Assembly: GCA_965243625.1 (NCBI GenBank)
Contig: CBDEVI010000002.1
Span: 2,339,475 to 2,403,474, forward strand
Direction: 5' to 3'
DNA from: Chloroflexota bacterium
GTDB taxonomy: Bacteria; Chloroflexota; UBA11872
DNA length: 64,000 bases
In this document: one piece after another, positions 16,940 through 25,311 of the stretch
How the letters are laid out: each line of letters begins with the position of its first letter
Numbering within the stretch: position 1 is the stretch's first letter
Made by a program: the position numbers and the translations under genes
The notes under the pieces: model-generated
What the model was told of the DNA's origin: nothing
Seen by the model: only the letters and a program-made list of their open reading frames with translations
Database searches by the model: none

Positions 16940-17746
16940 CTACAGCCGCTCCCCGAGTTGCACCCGCCGCACGGACCGGGGCTGGTAGAGCCGGGAAAGT
17001 CGCTGAAACTCATGCGCGGCCTCTCGCTGCAGCGAGGCAAAGCGATCCACATCCGCCGCCGCCGCGTCCCGCCGCAGGCGTCGATAGGCGTGAGCCAGCG
17101 CCCCCGCCACCACCCAGTCGGCCGGGGCGTCGGTGATGCTCTGGTCGTTGGCCAACGCCTCGTAGGGACGCAGCGCCTCGACCACCAACGCGCCGCCCGG
17201 CGCGTGCCCAACCTCCAACCCGAACGGCGACGGGCTTGCGACTGGACGTCGCCTGAGCCGCCACCAATCCACCGCGCGCAGGTGCTCGCCGCGACGCTCC
17301 CAAATCTCGACGACCTGCTGGCGTCGAGTGACCCAGGCCGGCAGCGGGAACTGCCGCTGGGCGTCGGCGACCGACGTCACGTCGGCCAACGTTCGGCGCC
17401 AGCAGCGCGCCAGTGTGTCGTCAATGGCCTGATGCAGCTCCGCCGGCGAGAGCAGGCGCAGCAGCTCGTAGGCCGCCGTCCCGTCGATGGGCTGCGCGAA
17501 GGGCCGATTGACCGTGACCGACCCCGACGCCGGATCGTAGACCGTCACGCGGCGGACCTCGCCCGCATTGGCCCCCGCGGTGATGTGCAGCCATGCGCCG
17601 GTCCACGCGTCGTCGGACGCGCCGGCGTCTTGAAGCCGGTCCGGGTCGGCCAGCGCCACGGTGGACCCGCCGCCGGCGACGCCGATCACCGTGCGCATCA
17701 TCCGCGCGGCCACGGCCTGCCGCAGCGCCGCTCGCGTGACGCTCAC
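16940..17746 (-). CDS. phage-like structural protein (adaptor/tail candidate), family not recognised
   Basis: ORF 16940..17746(-), 268 aa. Its stop abuts the start of the 776-aa gene. Coding-like composition. Confidence 0.6.
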   Translation of the reverse strand: MSVTRAALRQAVAARMMRTVIGVAGGGSTVALADPDRLQDAGASDDAWTGAWLHITAGANAGEVRRVTVYDPASGSVTVNRPFAQPIDGTAAYELLRLLSPAELHQAIDDTLARCWRRTLADVTSVADAQRQFPLPAWVTRRQQVVEIWERRGEHLRAVDWWRLRRRPVASPSPFGLEVGHAPGGALVVEALRPYEALANDQSITDAPADWVVAGALAHAYRRLRRDAAAADVDRFASLQREAAHEFQRLSRLYQPRSVRRVQLGERL

Positions 17747-17759
17747 GAGCGCCCACCCA

Positions 17760-17987
17760 TCAAGCGTCGCGCCATTGCGGCCGCTGGGCGTCGAGGCGCT
17801 CGCTGAAGGCGCTGCCCCGGTCGGCCAAGCGCCGGCGCTGGCGTTCGAGCGCCGCCTCCGCCGCGTCGGCGGCCTCGCTCGCGTCGGGGGTCACCACCAC
17901 CACCGGCGAATGCGGCGTCGCGCCGCGAAACCGGTGCACCAGCCGCGCCCGTCGCTCACGCGGAATCCAGATGATCGGACCAGACAT
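17760..17987 (-). CDS. small hypothetical protein in the structural operon
   Basis: ORF 17760..17987(-), 75 aa. High GC3. Lies between the capsid terminator-like hairpin and the next structural gene. Confidence 0.4.
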   Translation of the reverse strand: MSGPIIWIPRERRARLVHRFRGATPHSPVVVVTPDASEAADAAEAALERQRRRLADRGSAFSERLDAQRPQWRDA

Positions 17988-18037
17988 TCACACGTCCCTT
18001 CTTCGCCGGCGCCATGCGGCGCCAGTCGTCATTCCCG

Positions 18038-18063
18038 TAGGGGCGGCCCTTGTGGCCGCCCGC
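18038..18063 (-). terminator. GC-rich stem-loop downstream of the capsid gene (REP family D-like)
   Basis: GTAGGGGCGGCC-CTTGT-GGCCGCCC, about 100 nt past the capsid stop. No U-tract. Confidence 0.4.
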
Positions 18064-18164
18064 GATGTGCCCCGCGCCCCTCGCAGGAGGCAGGGGCGGT
18101 TCGTGAACCGCCCCTGCACCGGGCCGAACTCGTGGCAGGCGATCTCGGCCGGGGCTCCCGCGAC

Positions 18165-19019
18165 CTAGCTGCTGGGCGCCGCGGCGTCGAAGTACATCTC
18201 CACGCCCCAGGCGTCCTGGTACTCGGCGTAGCCGTAGTCGGCCACGACGTTGAGCTCCCACGCGCGCAGCGAAGCGTCGCGCTCGCGCTCCACGGCCCAG
18301 TCCTTGAAGATCACTAGGACCAGCGCCTCGCGCGAGAACACGCCGCCCTTGGCGTCGTCTTCGGCATCCACCGACAGGTTCCCGGCCTGAAACAGGTCAA
18401 CCCCGAAGGCCCGCCCGACCCAGTGGTTCTCGAGCACCGTCTGCGAAATGCCACTGGGCACCGGGTAGGTGCCGACGGGCGTGATGTCGGCCGCCAGGTC
18501 ATGCGCCTGGTAGGGATGCAGCACGCCGTAGTACGGCATGGGCGCCGGCTCGTCGGCGGCGTGCAGCCGCGATACCGCCGCGCGCAGGTGACCCATCGTG
18601 ATGGACTCGCCGGCCCCGCCCAACGAGGTGCCGAAGCCGTCGAGCAGCCCCAGCAGGTCCGCGTCGAGCTTCTTGGCCACCGCGTCGCCGAGCACGCGGC
18701 CGGCGGCGCGCGCCATGTCCTCGCGCGCGGTGCGCAGCGCCCGGTCCGTGATCACGATCTGCGCGCCAACCTCGGCCGGCGTGATCGCGACCTTGGTGGT
18801 CGCCAGCGTCTGCGGGTTGGTCATGTCCACGCCCTCGGTGAGGGCGCCGGCCGTGACCGTGCCGAACTTGGGAATCTCCAATGTGTCGCCAGAGCCGCGA
18901 CTCACGCGGTAGGTGCGCACCAGCGGCTCCATGACCGTGCGGTGCATCTGGGTCCGGCGCGCTTCGGCGATCACCGTGTCGACGACGTCTCCGATCGAGG
19001 CGCCCGTCGTAATCGCCAT
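18165..19019 (-). CDS. major capsid protein candidate (HK97-fold size class, 284 aa)
   Basis: ORF 18165..19367(-). Start set at MAITTGASIGDV because of the strong RBS (GTGAAAGGAGAGTCC-ATG). It is the first gene of the tail/lysis operon and is followed by a hairpin. The 116 upstream in-frame codons are Arg/Pro-rich. Confidence 0.6.
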   Translation of the reverse strand: MAITTGASIGDVVDTVIAEARRTQMHRTVMEPLVRTYRVSRGSGDTLEIPKFGTVTAGALTEGVDMTNPQTLATTKVAITPAEVGAQIVITDRALRTAREDMARAAGRVLGDAVAKKLDADLLGLLDGFGTSLGGAGESITMGHLRAAVSRLHAADEPAPMPYYGVLHPYQAHDLAADITPVGTYPVPSGISQTVLENHWVGRAFGVDLFQAGNLSVDAEDDAKGGVFSREALVLVIFKDWAVERERDASLRAWELNVVADYGYAEYQDAWGVEMYFDAAAPSS

Positions 19020-19390
19020 GGACTCTCCTTTCACGCCCCAAGCGGGCGTCGGGGGAGCGATGAAAGCTCGCCGCGCGGATCCGGGAGACGAACCCTTGGG
19101 TGCAGGGCGTCCCGAAGGCGGCGACCGGGGCACCGGGCCGGACTCCTGCCGGTGATGCCGCCGGACCGCCGCCTTCCAGCCGCGCGGAAGCGTGCGGCGC
19201 CCGTCGATCGGGACGCCGGAGCGCCGGCGCCGGTCCACACGGGCGTCCATCCGCCTTGCGAGGCGCGTCCGCCGCCTGCGGGCCGGCCCGGCGGCGCCGG
19301 GCGCCGACCGAGGCGCACACCCACGGGACCCACTCGCGCGGCTCCGGGTCCGGAGCGCCGGGCGCATCCGCGTGCGTGCTTACACAGAGA

Positions 19391-19419
19391 ACTCTACGTT
19401 ACTATAGTAACGTATGCAA
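19391..19419 (-). promoter_or_regulatory. promoter-like site with an 18-bp perfect palindrome in the spacer (capsid/tail/lysis block)
   Basis: Minus strand reads TTGCAT-ACGTTACTATAGTAACG-TAGAGT. The palindrome ACGTTACTATAGTAACGT spans 19396-19413. It is an AT-rich island in about 70% GC DNA, with a near-identical site at 30180-30209. Confidence 0.45.
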
Positions 19420-19495
19420 ATGGAGTACGGCAGGGTCGCAGGTAATTCTCGCGCCAATGAGGCGTCGGCAAGCCGTCGCCGGTGCCTCGTCAGAC

Positions 19496-19568
19496 GTAGG
19501 GGCAGGTTTGAAACCTGCCCCTACCCGGAAAGTATGTTCGGTGGCCCACGCTGCGTGCAGCGTGGGAG
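19496..19568. repeat. composite REP cluster (family D hairpin plus family C hairpin)
   Basis: GTAGGGGCAGGTTTGAAACCTGCCCCTAC (19496-19524) and CGGTGGCCCACGCTGCGTGCAGCGTGGGAG (19539-19568). Family C recurs at 34388-34417 and, inverted, at 47169-47198. Confidence 0.65.
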
Positions 19569-19680
19569 TGCCCCTTCGGGCCGGGACGGGCAGTTCGCAA
19601 GCCGGCCTACCTGGACGGCGAGGGCCTAATCGATTGATGCTGTTATACTATCGTTCCGATATCACCTACCGGGAAGCACC

Positions 19681-19923
19681 ATGCGGCAGGTAGCGTTGCG
19701 GGGAATCCCTGACGATCTGCACCGTGAGCTGAAGGCGGCGGCAGCGCGCAACCATCGCAGCCTGAACGGCGAGATCCTGGCGCGCCTTACGGCTTCCGTA
19801 CGCCCCGGTACCGCAGACGTCACGGCACTGCTGGCGCGGATTCGACAGCGGCACGAGACTCTGGGCCCGATCGACCTCAGCGAGGCGACACTGCGGGAGT
19901 TGCGAAACGCCGGTCGCCTGTGA
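19681..19923 (+). CDS. Arc/MetJ (FitA-like) ribbon-helix-helix antitoxin
   Basis: ORF 19681..19923(+). MRQVALRGIPDDLHRELKAAAARNHRSLNGEILARL. Overlaps the downstream PIN gene by 4 nt. Confidence 0.8.
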   Translation: MRQVALRGIPDDLHRELKAAAARNHRSLNGEILARLTASVRPGTADVTALLARIRQRHETLGPIDLSEATLRELRNAGRL

Positions 19924-20318
19924 TCGTGGTCGACACGAACATCATGGTCTACCTGCTCATCGGCGGCCCGAGCGGGCCTGACGCAACGCAGCTCCTGGAG
20001 CGGGAACCCCTGTGGGCGGCGCCCGGAATCCTGCTCAGCGAGCTGCGCAACGCGCTGGTGGGCTTCGTGCGACGGGACGCGCTGTCGCCGGAGCATGCTG
20101 AGGTGATGTGCGCGGACGCGGTGGAGGTGCTGGGGGATCGTGTGTTCACGGTTCCGAGCAGTGACGTTTTGGACACCGCGTTGGCCTGTGGACTGAGCGC
20201 CTATGACGCCGAGTTCGTGGTCTTGGCACGCCAACTAGACGTGCCTCTGGTGACCGCTGACCGAGAGATCCTGCGTTCGGCGGCGGACGTGGCCGTCTCC
20301 CTGGTCGACCGGTCGTAG
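19920..20318 (+). CDS. vapC: PIN-domain toxin (VapC family)
   Basis: ORF 19920..20318(+). VIVVDTNIMVYLL N-terminus and conserved acidic residues (SAYDAEFV, TADRE). Confidence 0.85.
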   Translation: MIVVDTNIMVYLLIGGPSGPDATQLLEREPLWAAPGILLSELRNALVGFVRRDALSPEHAEVMCADAVEVLGDRVFTVPSSDVLDTALACGLSAYDAEFVVLARQLDVPLVTADREILRSAADVAVSLVDRS

Positions 20319-20338
20319 CGATCCCGAGCCGAGCACCA

Positions 20339-21793
20339 ATGCAACCCCAGAACCTGCTCGTCATCATGTCCGACGAGCACAACGCGCGCATGCTCGGCTG
20401 CGCCGGGCATCCCGTGGTCCAGACGCCGCATCTCGACGCGCTGGCGGCCCGCGGCACGCGCTTCACCAACGCCTCGTGCAACATCCCCATCTGCGTGCCG
20501 TCGCGGGCGAGCTTCCTCACCGGGCGCTATGGCCACGAGATCGGCGCGTGGGACAACGCCATGCCCTACACCGGCGGCGCGGCGCCAAGCTGGGGCCATC
20601 GGCTGGGCGCCCACGGCCACCAGGTCACCACCATCGGCAAGCTGCACTACCGCAACACGCGCGACGACATTGGCTTGCCGGACCAGCGCCGGCCCATGCA
20701 CGTGATGTTCGAGCGCGGCGACGCGTTTGGCTCGATTCGCTGGAACATGCCGCGCGCGCGCCGCCAGCTCGAGAACGTTCACGCCGCCGGGCCGGGCGAT
20801 TCGGAATACCTGCGCTACGACGCCACCATCGCCGACGAGGCCTGCGCCTGGCTGCGCGAGGAGTCTGGACGGCACACAAATCCCTGGTGCCTCTTCGTCT
20901 CCTTCACGTTGCCGCACTTTCCCCTGATCGCGCCGCCGTCCGACTTCGCGCGCTATCCACTGCACGACGTTCCACTGCCGATCCAGTGGCACCCCGACGA
21001 GTGGCCGGATCATCCGCACGTGTCGGCGTTCCGCGAGGCGCGGATATTCACGCCCGACGACTTCCCGGGCGAGGAGCCCACGCGCCGCGCCATCGCCGCC
21101 TACCTGGGCATGTGCACCTACCTCGACCGGCAGATCGGTCGCGTGCTGGGCGCGCTGGAGGCGTGCGGCCTGACCGACAGCACCCGCGTGATCTACACCA
21201 GCGACCACGGCGAGACCCTGGGCGACTACGGGCTCTGGGGCAAGAGCGTGATGTATGACAGCGCGGTGGCCGCGCCGCTGATCCTGGCCGGACCCGACGT
21301 GCCAATGGGCGCGGTGCGCGACGTGAGCGTCTCGCTGGTCGACGCCTTTCCGACCATTTGCGAGGGGGTTGGCGTGCCGCTCGAAGCCGCCGATGCCGAC
21401 CTGCCCGGCATGTCGCTGTGGCCGCTGGCCCGGGGCGAGGGGCCGGCGTCGCGCACGACGTTCGCCGAATACCACGCCAGCGGGTCGGTGTCGGGCGCGT
21501 TCATGCTGCGCGACGAGCGGTGGAAGTACGTGCACTATCACGGCTTTCCGCCGCAACTCTTCGACCTGGCGAACGACCCGGAAGAGCGTCACGACCTGGC
21601 GGGCGATCCGGCGTACGCAGGCGATCTGCGGCGCTTCGAGGCGCAGCTGCGCACGATCGTCGATCCCGAGGCCGTGGATGCCGAAGCCAAGGCGGCCCAG
21701 CGCCGGCTGGTGGAGCGCAGCGGCGGCGAGGCCGCCGTCCGCGCCGCCGGCCCGCAGATCAACTTCACCCGGGCGCCGGAGCAATTCCGGTAG
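20339..21793 (+). CDS. sulfatase (formylglycine-dependent arylsulfatase family)
   Basis: ORF 20339..21793(+). LLVIMSDEHN and the CVPSRASFLTGRY (C-x-P-x-R) signature. Confidence 0.9.
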   Translation: MQPQNLLVIMSDEHNARMLGCAGHPVVQTPHLDALAARGTRFTNASCNIPICVPSRASFLTGRYGHEIGAWDNAMPYTGGAAPSWGHRLGAHGHQVTTIGKLHYRNTRDDIGLPDQRRPMHVMFERGDAFGSIRWNMPRARRQLENVHAAGPGDSEYLRYDATIADEACAWLREESGRHTNPWCLFVSFTLPHFPLIAPPSDFARYPLHDVPLPIQWHPDEWPDHPHVSAFREARIFTPDDFPGEEPTRRAIAAYLGMCTYLDRQIGRVLGALEACGLTDSTRVIYTSDHGETLGDYGLWGKSVMYDSAVAAPLILAGPDVPMGAVRDVSVSLVDAFPTICEGVGVPLEAADADLPGMSLWPLARGEGPASRTTFAEYHASGSVSGAFMLRDERWKYVHYHGFPPQLFDLANDPEERHDLAGDPAYAGDLRRFEAQLRTIVDPEAVDAEAKAAQRRLVERSGGEAAVRAAGPQINFTRAPEQFR

Positions 21794-21990
21794 GCGAGAA
21801 GCGTGCCGAACCGGGCGCCACGCTCGCACGCCGCCGGCGCCGCACACGAGGTCCAGCACCAGGAGCGCCGGTGTCGGCGGATTCGATGCGACGTGAGGCC
21901 GGCCGCTGTAGCCTCAACGGCCCACCACGTTCGCTCGACCACTCAATCCGCGCCCATGCACCCTGACACGATCCGCCCCATCACCTGACG

Positions 21991-23415
21991 ATGGGAATCG
22001 CTGTCGGACAAGCGGTGGGTTGGACGGCGCGGCTGCTGCTACTGGGCGCGATCGGCTTCTGGTGGGGTGGCTACGTCGCAACCCACCTGTTCAGCCTCGC
22101 ATTCCCGGCGGTGCTTCCGCCCTGGGACCCCACCCTGGGCCGTCTGGATGCCGACAACGAAGGCACGATTGCGAACTCGGTGTCGGCTGCCGGCTTGGCG
22201 TGCGTCACGGCGCTTGCGCTTGCCGCGGCCGCCGTCAGCTTCCGCCGCTCGACCGGCTGGATTGCGGTCGGCGGATGGGCCGCGCTGACCCTGACGACCG
22301 CGGTCCTGACCTTCGAGGAGCTGGCCGAGTTCAAGGACCGCGGACCGATTTCGCTCTTCGATCAGGCCGGACGCACCGGCCTGCCGTGGCCCGTGCTGGT
22401 GAGTCCGCTGGTCGCCGTTTTCGTGCTGGCGATGTGGCTCTTCGTCCGCAAGGGTCTGAGCGCGCGGGCGGCCCGCGCTCCGCTGACGCTTGGCATTGCC
22501 TGCTGGGTGTTTGCGCTCGTGCAGGAGGCGATCGGGCGCTGGATGCCCACCGGTGGAGCGGTGACGCTGGGGTACGTGCTCGAAGAAACCGCGGAGTTCA
22601 GCGGCACCCTGCTGATCGGGCTCAGCGCGGTCGGCGTGCTGCGCCATGGCCGCCCGCCGCCGTATCCCCTCTTCGGCGGTCGCTGGCGTCGGTCGCTTGT
22701 CGGGTCGATCGCGGCGCTGGCCATTCTCGGAAGCCTGGCGCTCGCGTTTCTCTTCCGTGCGCCGCTGATCGAGGCGCTGGCCCCCTACACGCGTTCCGGC
22801 GCCTTCGAGGTGACCCTCGGCCGCCAGGAAGCCGTGGTCCAGGGATTCCGCATGCCGGCCACGCCCGTGCAGAGCCTCGGGCTCCTGCTCTTCAACTGCG
22901 AGTGGGCAGGTCACGGGGGAGCGGTCACGGTGCGCGTCACGCCCCTCGACGCGCCCGACCGCACCCTTGCCGAGGGGTCGATCGAGGTCCCGGTGGGCGA
23001 CTGTCCGCGCTGGAAAATGATTGAGCTCCAACCGCCGCTCAGCGCCGCTGAGGGCCAGCCGCTGGCCGCGCAAGTCGCGGCCGATGTCGCGCCCGGCGCG
23101 GCGCTTGGCGTTGGCCTGACCAATGGCCACCGCTACGAGGACGGTCGGCTCTGGATCAACGGCGAGTTGGCCTGGCCGGATCAAAACCTGGAGTTTGTCG
23201 CCTACAGCGCGCCCGAGGCAACGCTCAGCAAGCTGGCCGCGATTTGGCGGCTCCTCACCACCGACGCACGCTGGTGGCTGCTGGTGGCGGACGTGGTCGT
23301 CGCGCTGACGGCGATCACGCTGATCCCACTCGTCCTCGTGGAGAGCGTTCGACCAGGGCCGCCTGGTTTCGGGCTGTTCGCGGGACGCCGAAAGGGGCGT
23401 CAGCCGCGGGAGTGA
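21991..23415 (+). CDS. polytopic membrane protein with extracytoplasmic beta-rich domain, unknown function
   Basis: ORF 21991..23415(+). Many helices, a soluble segment (FEVTLGRQEAVVQGFRMPATPVQSLGLLLFN...VTVRVTPLD), then a C-terminal helix. Same layout as 6584..8098. Confidence 0.7.
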   Translation: MGIAVGQAVGWTARLLLLGAIGFWWGGYVATHLFSLAFPAVLPPWDPTLGRLDADNEGTIANSVSAAGLACVTALALAAAAVSFRRSTGWIAVGGWAALTLTTAVLTFEELAEFKDRGPISLFDQAGRTGLPWPVLVSPLVAVFVLAMWLFVRKGLSARAARAPLTLGIACWVFALVQEAIGRWMPTGGAVTLGYVLEETAEFSGTLLIGLSAVGVLRHGRPPPYPLFGGRWRRSLVGSIAALAILGSLALAFLFRAPLIEALAPYTRSGAFEVTLGRQEAVVQGFRMPATPVQSLGLLLFNCEWAGHGGAVTVRVTPLDAPDRTLAEGSIEVPVGDCPRWKMIELQPPLSAAEGQPLAAQVAADVAPGAALGVGLTNGHRYEDGRLWINGELAWPDQNLEFVAYSAPEATLSKLAAIWRLLTTDARWWLLVADVVVALTAITLIPLVLVESVRPGPPGFGLFAGRRKGRQPRE

Positions 23416-23449
23416 ATAACCCCTGGCGCGGCCCAAACTCCCCCGTCGT

Positions 23450-24997
23450 TCAGCCGCTGCGACGGCGCCCGCCGGCGCCGCGGGTCTCGATCGCCCAGGC
23501 AAGCCCGAGAACCACCAGCAGTCCCACCGCCAGCACCGCGATCGTCCATGGACCCAGCCGGTGCACCACGAAGAGATCGGGCCCTATCAGTCCGTCGACC
23601 CACTGGCGGGCCAGCCGCAGGTGGGCGCCAATCAGTGAGAAGTGGGGATTCCACTCGATCTGCTCCGGGCGCGCCCCGTGGTCCCAGAGATTGCGCCAGC
23701 CCGACTGGTAGTCGAACAGCACGCCCAGCACCGACAGGCCGGTCGACCACGCGGCGAGGCCAAGCGTCGCCAGGCGCATGCCCAGCGTCGCCGACGCCGA
23801 CTGCATCGCCAGACCCACGCCGAGCGCCAGGAACGGCGTGACGGTGGTGAGATATCGAGGTCCCCAGGAGACGCCGCCGAACCAGTCGTCGAATGACCCA
23901 TAGCCGATGACCGCCAGCACGGTCAGCGCCAGCATGACCAGCCAGACCGGCCGACGCGACGTCGCGCCGAGGATCCCCCACAGCCCCACGGCGGCGACGG
24001 GCATGAAGACCAGCAGCCCAAAGCTGGGACTGGCCAGCACGCCGAAGATGCCGATGTAGGCGCGGTCCGTCTGCCAGAGGATCGACGCCGTCCGATAGCC
24101 CACATCGAGGAAGTCGCCGCTTCGATAGAGGTTCCAGAGCCCGATGCCCGGGACGGCCACGACGGCCCACACCCCGGCAAACGCCAGCCCGCGGGTCAGA
24201 CCGACGCGCGACAACCGTCTCTCGCTCAGCAGGCTCAACACACCGACCGCGGGCGCCAGGACCACGAACTCCGGACGCGTCAGCGCGGCAAGTCCTGTGA
24301 GGCCGCCGGCAACGGCCCAGACTCCGGCTCCTGAGCGCGAGCCGGTGACCGCGACAAACGCCAACACGCTGAACAGCGCGGCGAGCGGGATGTTGGCGAG
24401 CCCCTGGGCATAGACCCAGAGGGGGCTGGCAAACGCCAGCACCAGCGCCGCCGCGGCGGCGGTGCGGGGTCGCAGGCCAAGATTGCGCCCCAGCAGAAAC
24501 GTTGCGCCCACCAACAGGGCGGCGATGGTCGGCCCATAGAGCAACGCCGCCACCGGCCGCACCGCGCTCGGCTGGGGAAACGTCGACGACGGGGGCGGTG
24601 GCCGCGAGTTGGTCCAGCGCGCAAGGAGCTCGGCCGGCGACATCCCCACCCACGACAGCAGGCCGTAGCGACTGGTGGTCCGGTCCATCGACGGGTGCCG
24701 CAGCGTCAGCAGCTGCTCGCGAGGAAACGGCTGCTCGCCGGACAAGTCGGGGCTGCCGGATTCGACCAGCGCCCGGGCCGAGGCGTAGTTGGTGATCTCG
24801 TCCACGCTGTAGGCATGCGCGCCCGAGGAAAGCGCATAGAACAAGCCCGCCAGCAGCACCAGCACCGCCGCGCGAGCCACGTCAAGTCGCGGCGAGCGCG
24901 GCTCCATAGCGCCACCGCGGGGGCTCGCGTCAACGGGCGGCCGATTCAAGCTCCGCCATCGCGCCGCCAGCGTGACCGTGCGCCCGGAGACCAACAT
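23450..24997 (-). CDS. GT-C fold membrane glycosyltransferase-like protein (ArnT/PMT-like)
   Basis: ORF 23450..24997(-). More than 10 hydrophobic helices and an acidic first-loop motif (YSVDEITNY). Met 31 (24907) is an alternative start. Family assignment is tentative. Confidence 0.55.
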   Translation of the reverse strand: MLVSGRTVTLAARWRSLNRPPVDASPRGGAMEPRSPRLDVARAAVLVLLAGLFYALSSGAHAYSVDEITNYASARALVESGSPDLSGEQPFPREQLLTLRHPSMDRTTSRYGLLSWVGMSPAELLARWTNSRPPPPSSTFPQPSAVRPVAALLYGPTIAALLVGATFLLGRNLGLRPRTAAAAALVLAFASPLWVYAQGLANIPLAALFSVLAFVAVTGSRSGAGVWAVAGGLTGLAALTRPEFVVLAPAVGVLSLLSERRLSRVGLTRGLAFAGVWAVVAVPGIGLWNLYRSGDFLDVGYRTASILWQTDRAYIGIFGVLASPSFGLLVFMPVAAVGLWGILGATSRRPVWLVMLALTVLAVIGYGSFDDWFGGVSWGPRYLTTVTPFLALGVGLAMQSASATLGMRLATLGLAAWSTGLSVLGVLFDYQSGWRNLWDHGARPEQIEWNPHFSLIGAHLRLARQWVDGLIGPDLFVVHRLGPWTIAVLAVGLLVVLGLAWAIETRGAGGRRRSG

Positions 24998-25311
24998 GCC
25001 GCGCGGAATCGCTCGCGCAAACGGGAGTCGAATCGAATTGTCGCCGCAACCGACGGTGCGACTGAGTATGGCCGCGCCCGGTCCGCGCTCGCCAGCGCGA
25101 CGCGGAGACGTCCACCGATCCCCTGCGCTCCGGCTCGCGGACCGGTTTCACCCGCGCGCCCGAGCAGCCTCCGCAGATGCCCCGCGATCGACGGCCCCAG
25201 TTCGGCAGCCGATCTAATGGAATATCACATTGCCCCAATGGATTATTCCCTTGACAGCCGCGAAACTTCGAATCATCCTTGACCAGAAGGGGCTGATGTC
25301 TTGGTGGATGC

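Noticed and set aside
18165-19019. Capsid-like protein as an encapsulin shell
   Set aside because: The size would fit. However, the gene heads an operon of tail, fibre and lysis genes and is paired with portal and terminase genes. No cargo-type gene (DyP, ferritin-like) is adjacent.
19031-19693. ORFs in the capsid leader (100 aa minus, 197 aa and 71 aa plus)
   Set aside because: All are Arg/Gly/Pro-rich with no motif. The plus-strand ones run through REP hairpins and the palindrome.
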